Part shown: positions 33,427 through 42,399 of the stretch, piece by piece
Layout: each line of letters begins with the position of its first letter
Numbering within the stretch: position 1 is the first letter of the stretch
DNA from: an uncultured Candidatus Saccharibacteria bacterium
GTDB lineage: Bacteria; Patescibacteriota; Saccharimonadia; QS-5-54-17
DNA length: 42,399 nt
Direction: 5' to 3'
Assembly (NCBI GenBank): GCA_964415975.1
Contig: CAYQCN010000004.1
Coordinates: 1-42,399, forward strand
Position numbers and translations under genes: made by a program
The notes under the pieces: model-generated
Told to the model about the DNA's origin: nothing
Database searches by the model: none
What the model saw: the letters and a program-made list of their open reading frames with translations, nothing else

Positions 33427-35448
33427 TCAAACTTTTACTCTACGCAACATTTGAGCATTAATAGCCACAACCACTGTACTGGCCGACATCAACACTGCCC
33501 CGACTGCAGGAGTAAGCAAAACACCCCAAGCTGCCAGTACTCCAGCCGCTAAGGGAATGGCCACGATATTATATCCAGCCGCCAGCCACAGGTTTTGCAC
33601 CATTTTCCGGTACGTCGCACGAGAAAGAGTAAAAATCCGAGCAATATCGCGAGGATCAGACTGTACAAGCACAATATCTCCAGCTTCAACCGCCACATCA
33701 GTTCCGGCGCCAATAGCAACTCCGACATCTGCAGTCGCCAGCGCCGGAGCGTCGTTAACACCATCACCTACCATAGCCACCCTTTTACCTTGTTTTTGCA
33801 GTTCTTTAATCTTGGAAGCCTTATCTTCTGGCAGTACTTGAGCAAAGACTGTATCGATATCAAGCTGATCTGCCACCGATTGAGCGACTGCTGATGTATC
33901 TCCGGTCAACATTGCTATCTCTAGACCTTTATCATGCAAGTCTTCTATGGCAGCCCTGGCCTCCTCGCGAATTGCATCAGCCACTACAAACACAGCCACT
34001 ACCTGACTTTTACGTAGCAAATAGATTGCCGACTGGCCACTTTCCGCCGCCTTATTAGTAACTACTTGTAGCTTGTCTGGCACAGATACCTGATCGGACT
34101 CTATTAATGCTGGGCCACCAATCTTATATTCAACTCCATCTACAGTTGCGACCACTCCTTTTCCAGATATGGATTTAAACTTCTCGGGCCTACTAATAGT
34201 AATCTGCCGCTCTTGGGCTGTCTTAACAATACCCTCAGCTATAGGGTGCTCTGACTCTGACTCTACGCTAGCTGCCATCTTCAGAGCCTCGTCTGCATCT
34301 ACTGCATCTGTAGCAACAAGGTCAACTACCCTAAACTCTCCTAAGGTCAAGGTTCCGGTCTTGTCAAAAACTACCACATCGAGTTCACGCGCCTGCTCAA
34401 GACCTCTTCTGTCGCGCACCAACAGGCCATTGCGAGCGCCTAAAGTGGTTGAAATCGATACCACTAATGGAATCGCTAAGCCCAGTGCATGCGGGCAAGC
34501 AATCACGAGCACCGTCACTACCCGCACTATCGAAAAGTCTATAGGAGCTCCTGTTAGCTGCCAGCCAATGAAGGTAAGAGTTGCTGCCGTAAGTGCGACA
34601 ACCGTCAATAGCCGAGCAGCTCGATCGGCCAGATGTTGCACTCGAGACTTAGAGGCTTGGGCTTCTGCTACAAGTCTCATAATTCCTGACAATTTAGTGT
34701 CATCACCCGTGCCGGTCACTTTTACGCGGAGCGACCCTTCGCCATTAATAGTCCCAGCTATCACCTCGTCACCTATTTGCTTGGCGACTGGGCGCGACTC
34801 GCCAGTAATCATTGCCTCGTTGATATAACTATCCCCACTGTCAATCAGCCCATCGGCCGGAATGCTCTCACCAGGTCGAATCAAAACTATATCAGCCAGC
34901 TTAAGCTCATCGACCGACACCCTCTCTTCCCCGCCACCAAATAGGCGAGTAGCAGTATCAGGCAACAGCTCGGCTAATTCCTGCAAGGCTCCTTGTGCTT
35001 GATCGATGGAGCGCATCTCTATCCAGTGTCCAAGCAACATAATTGTCACCAGAGTAGCCAGCTCCCACCATAGTGCCTCAGCTTCAATCGCCCCAATCTG
35101 TACAGCCCAAGAAAACACAAAAGCCACACTAATAGCTAGGGCAATAAGTGTCATCATTCCAGGCAAGCGGCCTTTTATTTCATGCCATGCACTCTTAACG
35201 AAAACCCATCCACCATAGACAAATACAACTGTACCGAGCAGTGGGCCAATCCATTCAGAGCCATCAAACACTGGCGCCTCATATCCAAGTAACTCCTGAA
35301 CATGAACGGACCAATACACAACCGGCAGTGTCAAGATCAGCGACAACCAAAACCGGCTACGAAACATTTCCGGGCTGTGGCCTTCATGGTTGTCGTGACC
35401 ATCTTGATGACTATGTGCGCTATCAGGCTGCGAGTTATGGCAGTGCAT
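33427..35448 (-). CDS. copB: Copper-translocating P1B-type ATPase, CopB-like (CPH motif, His-rich N-terminus)
   Basis: It contains the His-rich tail MHCHNSQPDSAHSHQDGHDNHEGH, TGES, the TM6 motif ACPHALGLAIP, DKTGTLT, and MLTGD/GDGVNDAPAL. Its ATG shares one nucleotide with the upstream regulator stop (TAATG). Confidence 0.92.
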   Translation of the reverse strand: MHCHNSQPDSAHSHQDGHDNHEGHSPEMFRSRFWLSLILTLPVVYWSVHVQELLGYEAPVFDGSEWIGPLLGTVVFVYGGWVFVKSAWHEIKGRLPGMMTLIALAISVAFVFSWAVQIGAIEAEALWWELATLVTIMLLGHWIEMRSIDQAQGALQELAELLPDTATRLFGGGEERVSVDELKLADIVLIRPGESIPADGLIDSGDSYINEAMITGESRPVAKQIGDEVIAGTINGEGSLRVKVTGTGDDTKLSGIMRLVAEAQASKSRVQHLADRAARLLTVVALTAATLTFIGWQLTGAPIDFSIVRVVTVLVIACPHALGLAIPLVVSISTTLGARNGLLVRDRRGLEQARELDVVVFDKTGTLTLGEFRVVDLVATDAVDADEALKMAASVESESEHPIAEGIVKTAQERQITISRPEKFKSISGKGVVATVDGVEYKIGGPALIESDQVSVPDKLQVVTNKAAESGQSAIYLLRKSQVVAVFVVADAIREEARAAIEDLHDKGLEIAMLTGDTSAVAQSVADQLDIDTVFAQVLPEDKASKIKELQKQGKRVAMVGDGVNDAPALATADVGVAIGAGTDVAVEAGDIVLVQSDPRDIARIFTLSRATYRKMVQNLWLAAGYNIVAIPLAAGVLAAWGVLLTPAVGAVLMSASTVVVAINAQMLRRVKV

Positions 35449-35942
35449 TACTGGTTCTTTCTATTGTTTTTTAAATATTTTCCTAGGTTATTGCTAAACT
35501 GTTGCATACATCCACTTCCGCAAAAATAATACTCCTCGCCCTCATACTGATAACTATCTGCCACTTCAGTTAAGGCCAGCCGCATACCGCAGACCAGGTC
35601 AACAACTAGCGGATACAGGGTTTCTTTGTCGGTGTCTAATACATCGCTATCAAGATAATTATGATCAAGCAAAAAAGCCCGCACCAAACGGCAAGCTTGG
35701 GCAATCCTCGGATCTTTGAGTTGGTAATATATCTCATGCCCATCTCGCCTAGTAGCGACTATGCCTGAACCTCGCAAAACGGCTAGATGCTGAGAGGTGT
35801 TAGTCTGAGATATGCCAAGCATATCGGCCATAGACTTTACCGGTAACTCCTCATGAGTTAAAAGCTGCACAATTTCAAGCCGTTTTTGGCTAGCCAACGT
35901 TTTAAAAACCGCTTCTTGCTGACGAAATGCTGATTGATACAT
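35448..35942 (-). CDS. ArsR/SmtB-type winged-helix repressor fused to a C-terminal YHS/TRASH metal-binding domain
   Basis: The N-terminus is LASQKRLEIVQLL...VKSMADMLGISQTNTSQHLAVLRGSGIV. The C-terminus DLVCGMRLALTEVADSYQYEGEEYYFCGSGCMQQF matches the YHS pattern (CGM...Y.G..YYFCS..C...F). Confidence 0.85.
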   Translation of the reverse strand: MYQSAFRQQEAVFKTLASQKRLEIVQLLTHEELPVKSMADMLGISQTNTSQHLAVLRGSGIVATRRDGHEIYYQLKDPRIAQACRLVRAFLLDHNYLDSDVLDTDKETLYPLVVDLVCGMRLALTEVADSYQYEGEEYYFCGSGCMQQFSNNLGKYLKNNRKNQ

Positions 35943-36132
35943 GATTTAATTTTAGCCTTTATATTCAAATCTTCAAATACTTGCATATTTTTCTTACTAA
36001 AATCAATGATTAAGCCTTGAAAAGTTATAAATACTCAAACAATCCGTTGAACAAAACTACTTTACTAGCCTTTATATTTCTTCAGTTAGCCTATATACAG
36101 CAAAATCAAACCATCTAACTAGGTTATATCTA

Positions 36133-37974
36133 CTAGCCCTGATGCTTGATAGCTCTTTTACGCGCACCATGATCTAATTCGCGCTTTCGCAGGCGAAGAG
36201 CAACCGGAGTCACCTCTAGAAGTTCATCGTTCTCGATAAAATCAAGGCTTTGCTCAAGGCTCAAATCTGTGTAAGGGGTCAGCTGGACTGCACCCTCTGA
36301 GCCCTTGCTGCGCATATTGGTTAGATGCTTAAGCTTACAGACATTCATCTCTATGTCTTCTTGGCGGCTGTTAAGTCCAACAATCTGACCAGCATAAACT
36401 TTCTCAGCCGGTCCGACAAAGCACTCTCCCCGCCCCTCGGCCATCTCTAGAGCATGAGGCGTAGTAGTGCCGGTCTCAAAAGCCACTATCACGCCATTCC
36501 TTAGCTGGTCGAGTGGCGGCGTCTGGTCTATGTAGCCTTTCATTAAGCTATTCATCACCACTGTGCCTTTGGTTTTGGTAGCTAGGATATTCTGCAACCC
36601 CAAAAGCGCCCTGGTGGGTATCTCATACACGAGCTTCGAGCCGCCTCTGCCATCAGCCGACTGTTCTTGTAGCTTGGCTCGACGCTGTCCAAGCTCCATC
36701 TGCACAACTCCCATGTGCTCATCTGGCACCTCGATAGTCAGCTCCTCCACCGGCTCTTCGATCTTGCCGTTATTATCCCTAGTAACAACCTGTGGTCGCC
36801 CCACTTCAAACTCATACCCTTCACGCCTCATCTCTTCAATCAGGACACTCAGGTGAAGCTCTCCTCGGCCTGAAACCAAAAATCCAGGACTGCTGTCCTC
36901 TACCTTGAGGCTTACATTGGTCTCAAGCTCTTTTTGCAAACGTTCACCAATCTGTCTAGAAGTGGTAAATTCACCTTCCTGACCCTTGAATGGGCTGGTA
37001 TTAGGCCCTAGATATATCTTCAAGGTAGGCGCCTCTACAGCCAGTACCGGTAGAGCTTCGGGCTCAGTAGAATCGGCAATAGTTTCGCCGATCTTGGCCG
37101 CACCGACTCCAGTCAACTGAACAATGTCGCCAGCGATTGCATGTTGAATCTCTGACTTAGCCACTCCATGACTCATAAACATATGATCGATTTTAGCCGA
37201 GACTTGGCCGCCGTCTTTCTCACACAGCACAACCTCATCTCCAGTTGACACCTCGCCTCGACGTATACGGCCGATAGCATACTTGCCTTTGTAGTTGTCC
37301 CAAGCTAAGGCAGTTACAAGCATTTGAAAAGGCTGATCAGTTGCCACATCTGGAGCTGGCACGTCTTCGATAATAGTTCTTAATAATGGCTTTAGATCGG
37401 CCGGCTGCTCGATATTATCTGGTGGAGTGTCCCAGGCTTTACCGGTACTGCCCACCGCATAATAAACTGCATACTGTAGCTGATCTTCGTGTTGGGCCAG
37501 CTCTAAAAACAGATCGGCTAGTTCGTTTTCAACCTCTTTTATTCTAGAGCCTGGCTTATCAATTTTATTAATTACTACAATCGGTTGTAGATTGTTGGCT
37601 AAAGCTTGCGATAGCACAAACTTGGTCTGAGGCATCGGCCCTTCTTGGGCGTCAACTACCAGTAGACATCCATCAGCCATATTCAATGTACGCTCTACCT
37701 CCCCAGAGAAGTCGGCATGGCCCGGAGTGTCGACAATGTTAATTCTATATCCATCGTGCTTTATGGCTGTAACCTTAGCGGTAATCGTAATACCTCGCTC
37801 TTTCTCCTGATCGCCACTATCCATTATCAGCTCCTGATCCATTTCGGCTTCATGCTCTGCAAAAGTCTGCGACTGCTTCAGCAGTCCGTCAACTAAAGTA
37901 GTCTTGCCATGATCGACATGGGCAATGATGGCAATATTGCGAATTTGAGCTGGATTCTGTGTGTTTACACTCAT
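36133..37974 (-). CDS. typA: Translational GTPase TypA/BipA
   Basis: 613 aa with G1 [10 protein letters not shown]3 DTPGHADF and G4 NKIDK. The remainder is collinear with BipA domains, including the C-terminal BipA-specific region. Confidence 0.95.
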   Translation of the reverse strand: MSVNTQNPAQIRNIAIIAHVDHGKTTLVDGLLKQSQTFAEHEAEMDQELIMDSGDQEKERGITITAKVTAIKHDGYRINIVDTPGHADFSGEVERTLNMADGCLLVVDAQEGPMPQTKFVLSQALANNLQPIVVINKIDKPGSRIKEVENELADLFLELAQHEDQLQYAVYYAVGSTGKAWDTPPDNIEQPADLKPLLRTIIEDVPAPDVATDQPFQMLVTALAWDNYKGKYAIGRIRRGEVSTGDEVVLCEKDGGQVSAKIDHMFMSHGVAKSEIQHAIAGDIVQLTGVGAAKIGETIADSTEPEALPVLAVEAPTLKIYLGPNTSPFKGQEGEFTTSRQIGERLQKELETNVSLKVEDSSPGFLVSGRGELHLSVLIEEMRREGYEFEVGRPQVVTRDNNGKIEEPVEELTIEVPDEHMGVVQMELGQRRAKLQEQSADGRGGSKLVYEIPTRALLGLQNILATKTKGTVVMNSLMKGYIDQTPPLDQLRNGVIVAFETGTTTPHALEMAEGRGECFVGPAEKVYAGQIVGLNSRQEDIEMNVCKLKHLTNMRSKGSEGAVQLTPYTDLSLEQSLDFIENDELLEVTPVALRLRKRELDHGARKRAIKHQG

Positions 37975-38097
37975 AAAAATACGCCTGCTTTAGCGAAGCA
38001 GACGCTCCTATTAATAACTTTATTGGCTTACAGTATAACAGATAAAGCCAAGATCCCCAGACTGGACATATCCACAGCATGATACTATGGCTATACA

Positions 38098-38910
38098 ATG
38101 AGCAAAACTCCCAACGACAAACCCTCACAACCCTGGCCAAAAATACTACGCCTGAAGCCGAAAACGCTGCTAATGATAATAGGGCTTTGGCTTTTAGTTG
38201 CTTGGAGCCTGTTTTTGGTTATAGATATTGCCGGCTGGATCGATCCTGGGTTAAGTCGACCGGTCTGGATGATACTTTTCAACGACCGACCGGTGGAGTG
38301 GACCCAGTGGCTACTGCTAGCCGTGAGTGCAGGTAGCACCGGCTATTTAGCCGGAAGACTTGATAGCATGGGCCAGACCATGCAGGCTAGATTTTTCTTG
38401 CTGATAGCCATTGCTTTCGGGCTGATGCTGGTAGAGGATGCCGGCGACATTCGCCACACTCTGAACAGAGAGATAGGCCGCCTCACAGGAGATGAGATAT
38501 TTGGAATAAAGCGCGACTTTGTAGTTGAGGCGCCCTACTTCCTGGCCCTAGCCGCCCTGCCGCTATATGCCATCATCCGTTACGGCAAGTACGTGTGGCA
38601 AGCTAGCAATGTTCGACTTTATCTATTTACAGGCTTTGTCTTTTACGCCCTAGCAGCCGGCGGATCAGCTATTAGCAACCTTTTCCACTCTTATGTAATA
38701 GTCGGCGGCTTTATAGACTTGGTGCTGCTGGGCAACAATCTAGAACCCTTACCCGGAAGAAGCCAGGGCTTTACCTATTTTCTATTTACCGACTCAGTCA
38801 TAGAAGAGAGTGTTGAGCTAATAGGCTTAACCCTCATTCTAGCTGCCATTTTAGCTTTCGCTGGAAATTTACGAAAAAACAACAGTCAGCAGCGCCAACT
38901 GTCAATTTAA
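38098..38910 (+). CDS. Hypothetical polytopic membrane protein (6-7 TM helices)
   Basis: 270-aa ORF in which I recognised no family. It sits at the head of the gene string that runs into the atp genes. Confidence 0.55.
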   Translation: MSKTPNDKPSQPWPKILRLKPKTLLMIIGLWLLVAWSLFLVIDIAGWIDPGLSRPVWMILFNDRPVEWTQWLLLAVSAGSTGYLAGRLDSMGQTMQARFFLLIAIAFGLMLVEDAGDIRHTLNREIGRLTGDEIFGIKRDFVVEAPYFLALAALPLYAIIRYGKYVWQASNVRLYLFTGFVFYALAAGGSAISNLFHSYVIVGGFIDLVLLGNNLEPLPGRSQGFTYFLFTDSVIEESVELIGLTLILAAILAFAGNLRKNNSQQRQLSI

Positions 38911-38958
38911 AAAATATGCAATATACTTTACCATAAGGGTAATTACACCTTATAGACT

Positions 38959-39837
38959 ATGATAAAAAACAAAACTAGCCACAACACACCCACACTTAGT
39001 ATCAACAAGCTCGCAAGAGCTGACTATCAAAAATATTTTCTAACCGCTGCAGCACTGTTAGCTAGCGTGTTAATTATAGCCAGCGCAGCTCATGCCAGCG
39101 CAGCCATCTCTAGAACTTACTACACTGATGAAGAGCCCCCGATCGGTTCTATAGTCAGCCTTAAAGACAACACATCTGACAATGTTGAGCTATCTACCCC
39201 AAGCAATGCCGACAATATGCTGGGCGTAGTTGCCAACGAAAACCACTCCATGATTAGCTTGTCCGGCATGCAAGAAGGTGAAGTGCCGGTAGCTAAAAAC
39301 GGCACTTTCGATGTACTAGTTTCTGACATCAATGGCGACGTCAACCGAGGTGATCACATTGCCGCCTCGCCAATTGCCGGTATAGGCATGCAAGCTACCA
39401 GCAACACGAGAGTGGTTGGCATCGCACAAAGAGATCTCACAATAGATAACGGCCGGATGGACACCTACACCGACAGTGACGGCGAGGAGCATGAGGTCTT
39501 GCTTGGAGAGGTGCCGGTTTTGATCAATGTCGCCCATTATTTCGTAGAGCCTGAAAGGACTATTATACCGGCCGCCATCCAAGAGATTAGCAACGCCATC
39601 GCCGGGCGTCAGGTAGAACCACTGCCCATTATTATCAGCACTATCATCTTTATAGTGACATTAATAGCCGTAGCCAGTATCATTTTCTCAATGATACGCA
39701 ACAGCATCATATCTGTAGGACGCAACCCAATGTCACAATCAGCTGTATACCGCAATGTGATGCAGTTGACAGCCCTGGTGCTTGGCATACTGTCAGTAGC
39801 AACAGTGTCAATATATCTAATACTAACGGGGTTCTAG
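38959..39837 (+). CDS. Hypothetical protein: signal/anchor, extracytoplasmic domain and a C-terminal two-helix hairpin
   Basis: 292-aa ORF with the N-terminal anchor FLTAAALLASVLIIASAAHASA. The C-terminal hairpin is IISTIIFIVTLIAVASIIFSMI-RNSIISVGRNPMSQS-VMQLTALVLGILSVATVSIYLIL. Its stop lies 4 nt before the next gene. Confidence 0.55.
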   Translation: MIKNKTSHNTPTLSINKLARADYQKYFLTAAALLASVLIIASAAHASAAISRTYYTDEEPPIGSIVSLKDNTSDNVELSTPSNADNMLGVVANENHSMISLSGMQEGEVPVAKNGTFDVLVSDINGDVNRGDHIAASPIAGIGMQATSNTRVVGIAQRDLTIDNGRMDTYTDSDGEEHEVLLGEVPVLINVAHYFVEPERTIIPAAIQEISNAIAGRQVEPLPIIISTIIFIVTLIAVASIIFSMIRNSIISVGRNPMSQSAVYRNVMQLTALVLGILSVATVSIYLILTGF

Positions 39838-39841
39838 CGCC

Positions 39842-40621
39842 ATGAACGGTCTGCAAATCTTTCTGCTTATAAATATGGTCATGCTCGGCATAGCGGCTAC
39901 CGTCGCAATACAGCACGCCTATGCTCACTACATGCACAAAAAACACCCCGAAAAAGATCACGACTCATTAAAAGACTCGCCCCTGTCTAAAGAATTCAAA
40001 GATCAGCTAATCAAAAGAGCCGAACAAAACTTCCAAGATCGACTAGAAGCTAGCGGCGACAGTCTGCAGCACGACCTTAAAGCAACTTCCGACCGAATAA
40101 ATATTCATCTTGAACAGCTAGGCAACGACATTATTCACAGAGAATCCGAACGACACAAAGCCGAACTTGAAAGACTCTATGCACACGCCGAACAAGAAAT
40201 TAAAAATATAGCCAATAGTCTTTCTGAAAACACCGATCAGCACAAGCAAAAACTCGAAACTTTCTCCCAGCAGACCGACATCGCCATCAAAGACGCAAAC
40301 CAAAACATCGAAAACTACAAACTGCAATTAGGCAGCAAACTGGAAGAGCTATACCAGCAAGCCGAAACTTCGATAGCAACCATCAATCAAGACGTAGAAA
40401 GCCACGCCCAACAAGTCAAGCAGCAGATATCAAAACAGGCCGAAGACGAAAAACAACAGCTCATAGACCAGTTCGAGACAAAACTGGCCGACGCTGCATT
40501 AGCTTTCCTGACAGAAACCCTTGGGCACAATGTCGACCTAGGAGCACAAAGCGAATACCTAACCAAAACACTTGAAAGCCACAAAGATGAATTGATTAAA
40601 GGTATAAAAGATGAAGCTTAA
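39842..40621 (+). CDS. atpF: F-type ATP synthase subunit b-like peripheral-stalk protein (long, 259 aa)
   Basis: It has a single N-terminal TM helix and a long charged coiled coil. The C-terminus LADAALAFLTETLGHNVDL...YLTKTLE resembles subunit b. It overlaps the atpH start by 11 nt, which is the canonical position for atpF. Confidence 0.6.
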   Translation: MNGLQIFLLINMVMLGIAATVAIQHAYAHYMHKKHPEKDHDSLKDSPLSKEFKDQLIKRAEQNFQDRLEASGDSLQHDLKATSDRINIHLEQLGNDIIHRESERHKAELERLYAHAEQEIKNIANSLSENTDQHKQKLETFSQQTDIAIKDANQNIENYKLQLGSKLEELYQQAETSIATINQDVESHAQQVKQQISKQAEDEKQQLIDQFETKLADAALAFLTETLGHNVDLGAQSEYLTKTLESHKDELIKGIKDEA

Positions 40622-41093
40622 ACTTCCAGCCAATGTCGCCTCTTATCAAGACCTAAGCCAGCTATTGCTAGAGCTACAGCATTACAGGCAGTGGCAGACT
40701 CAAGCTCAGGTAAAACAACAAGTCGAAGCTAGTAGCGGCCTAGCCCCAGAACTTTCGGATAATGCAGCAACTATTATAGATGAGTGGCACAACGGCAAGC
40801 AGCCAAGTGTTAAAACACTTGATCAGTTAATAGATAGCGTCCAAGAATTAAAAGATAGTTCTCCTACTATTTCCATTACGCTGGCCGCACCTTCCGGACC
40901 AAAACTTAAAGCCCAACTAGCTAGCTGGTGTCGCGACAACCTAGACCCAAACGCCCTAATCGACTTCAGTTTTGATAGCACTATTTTGGGAGGAATGGTC
41001 GTTAGGTGGAATAGTCATATATATGACTGGTCTTTTAGGACTAAAATCCTAAGCAACAAGAAGAGGTTCACGGAAGTATTGCGGCATGTTTGA
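40611..41093 (+). CDS. atpH: F-type ATP synthase subunit delta (OSCP)
   Basis: The C-terminal region ITLAAPSGPKLKAQLASW...DFSFDSTILGGMVVRWNSHIYDWSFRTKI matches the OSCP pattern (S...L....l......v....vD..liGG..i..g....D.S.r..l). It overlaps the atpA start by 8 nt. Confidence 0.8.
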   Translation: MKLKLPANVASYQDLSQLLLELQHYRQWQTQAQVKQQVEASSGLAPELSDNAATIIDEWHNGKQPSVKTLDQLIDSVQELKDSSPTISITLAAPSGPKLKAQLASWCRDNLDPNALIDFSFDSTILGGMVVRWNSHIYDWSFRTKILSNKKRFTEVLRHV

Positions 41094-42399
41094 CAATACC
41101 ACTTTCCAGCAGCTAGTTACCTCAGGCAACCTCACAGGAGAGGTGGTCGCCTACAATGGGTTTATCGTTGAGGTTAAAGGCCTCGAAGGAGTACGACTTG
41201 GCTCACAGGTCTTATTTTCCGATGGTCAACGAGGACTAGTTCGAGAGGCCTACGGGGATGAGGTTGTGCTGTTCAATGTCGACTCAGAAAGAATAGACAT
41301 CGGCACTCTAGCTGTAGTAGAGCAAGACACCATGAGCGTGCCTGTAGGCAAGGGGTTGATAGGTCGCATAGTATCGCCTACCGGACAGCCCCTGGATGGT
41401 AAAGGCGCCCTTAAAACAACCGCCACATCAGGTATGTTCAACCAAGCACCAGGGTTCACCGACCGCAGTATGCTTAACGAGCAGCTGCCCAGTGGAGTGA
41501 CTGCTGTAGACATGTTCTTTCCGATTGTACTTGGCCAACGTATCGCCGTTTTAGGCGACAGTAAGTCGGGTAAAAGCACCTTACTTAGTCAATTAAGTGC
41601 CAACCAAGATGGTACGGACAGGATTGTTGTCTATGTCATGATCGGCAAGCGCAAAGTCGACATCGAACAACTTCAGTCCCAGCTAGAAGAGTCGGGAGCT
41701 ATGGACCACACTATAGTCGTTGAAGCCAATATCTTCGACTCTCTTACCCAGTCCTACCTAGCCCCATACTCAGCCTGCGCTATGGCGGAACATCTTTGGC
41801 ATCAAGGTCATGATGTAGTAGTCATCTACGATGACTTTAGCAGTCACGCCGAAGCCTATAGGCAGCTATCCCTTTTACAAGAAGTAGACCCTGGACGCGA
41901 CTCGTTCCCGGGCGATATGTTCTACGCCCACTCTAGCCTGCTAGAGCGGGCCGGGAAGCTCGAGAAAAACGGTAAAACCCTCACCGCCTTGCCGATTGTC
42001 ACCACACCCAATGATGAGATAACCTCTTACCTTCCTACCAACATTATGTCGATTACTGATGGACAGATAGTCCTTGATCTCGGCGTCTTCCGCCAAGGCA
42101 TCCGACCAGCCGTCAACGCCGGATTATCGGTCAGCCGTGTCGGTGGCCAAGCCCAAACCGTACGCCAAAAACGGCTCTCGGGCGACCTCTTCAAGCGCCT
42201 AGCCAAATACCACCAAGCTGAGGAATTTACTCACTTCGGTTCCGGACTTTCACCGGAAGCGCAGGCCGATTATGCCATTGGTAAGCAAATCTATGAGGCT
42301 CTAGCCCAGTTGCCTGAACAGCTCTACAACATTGATGAGCAACAGCTACTATTAGAAACCATCATCCTCAGCCAAGGCAGTATCAAACTAGACATTCCA
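41086..42399 (+). CDS. atpA: F-type ATP synthase subunit alpha, 5' partial (runs off the window end)
   Basis: My own translation from ATG 41086 begins MFDNTTFQQLVTSGNLTGEVVAYNGFIVEVKGLEGV...VPVGKGLIGRIVSPTGQPLDGKG. It contains the P-loop GDSKSGKST, then IYDDFSSHAEAYRQLSLL, PGDMFYAHSSLLERA, ITDGQI and SVSRVGG. The frame stays open for 438 codons to position 42399. It is not in the track because it has no stop. Confidence 0.92.
   Translation, partial: MFDNTTFQQLVTSGNLTGEVVAYNGFIVEVKGLEGVRLGSQVLFSDGQRGLVREAYGDEVVLFNVDSERIDIGTLAVVEQDTMSVPVGKGLIGRIVSPTGQPLDGKGALKTTATSGMFNQAPGFTDRSMLNEQLPSGVTAVDMFFPIVLGQRIAVLGDSKSGKSTLLSQLSANQDGTDRIVVYVMIGKRKVDIEQLQSQLEESGAMDHTIVVEANIFDSLTQSYLAPYSACAMAEHLWHQGHDVVVIYDDFSSHAEAYRQLSLLQEVDPGRDSFPGDMFYAHSSLLERAGKLEKNGKTLTALPIVTTPNDEITSYLPTNIMSITDGQIVLDLGVFRQGIRPAVNAGLSVSRVGGQAQTVRQKRLSGDLFKRLAKYHQAEEFTHFGSGLSPEAQADYAIGKQIYEALAQLPEQLYNIDEQQLLLETIILSQGSIKLDIP

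Noticed and set aside
34169-34828. 219-aa plus-strand ORF, and similar long antisense ORFs, inside copB and other membrane-protein genes (for example 31711-32256, 32585-32965, 33005-33370, 6943-7332, 22938-23378)
   Set aside because: All lie fully inside well-supported genes on the opposite strand. They have Ser/Thr/Pro/Arg-rich compositions with no motifs, which is typical of shadow ORFs.
39600-39837. The C-terminal hairpin of the 292-aa protein as a fused ATP synthase c subunit (its loop GRNP matches the [GSTA]-R-[NQ]-P start of the c-subunit signature)
   Set aside because: Helix 1 lacks the GxGxGxG packing motif. Helix 2 has no Asp or Glu at or near the ion-binding position, and the rest of the PROSITE-type pattern fails. 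A four-residue match is weak evidence, so I kept it only as a caveat in the atp operon finding.

Overview
This is a gene-dense chromosomal segment with about 45 protein-coding genes on both strands, short intergenic gaps and many 1-10 nt overlaps. I found no rRNA, tRNA, CRISPR array, transposase or integrase. Housekeeping genes (aspS, rarA, cca, typA/bipA, and the atpF-like/atpH/atpA start of an F-type ATP synthase operon) are interleaved with many membrane-transport and envelope genes. These include an APC permease, two CPA2 cation/proton antiporters, a minimal 2-TM K+ channel, an NSS symporter, an EamA transporter, an RND pump, a CopB-type P-type ATPase, a DsbA-like protein, a VanY-like peptidase and a LiaF-like protein. 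There is also a class II photolyase and a UvrD-type helicase fused to a PD-(D/E)XK nuclease. Divergent, shortened housekeeping proteins and strongly acidic exported domains suggest a small-genome, possibly salt-adapted bacterium, perhaps Patescibacteria/CPR-like; this is inference only, because no search was possible. The items most worth a second look are listed here. (1) An unannotated 48-codon gene at 8211-8357 (-) encodes a four-CxxC, DnaJ cysteine-rich-domain-like zinc-finger miniprotein with its own promoter and SD. (2) A REP-like perfect palindrome family has three copies, at about 130, 8640 and 17320. (3) A recurring geometry places a -10 hexamer 6-8 nt upstream of start codons with no SD, including a 63-bp back-to-back pair at 10519-10581, which suggests widespread leaderless mRNAs. 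(4) A truncated type IV pilin-like gene with an acidic tail is translationally coupled to an acidic secreted protein. (5) An ArsR-type repressor fused to a YHS/TRASH metal-binding domain overlaps copB. (6) In the atp operon, the slots normally held by subunits a and c are occupied by two unrecognisable membrane proteins. I did not identify a complete multi-gene novel system with confidence.
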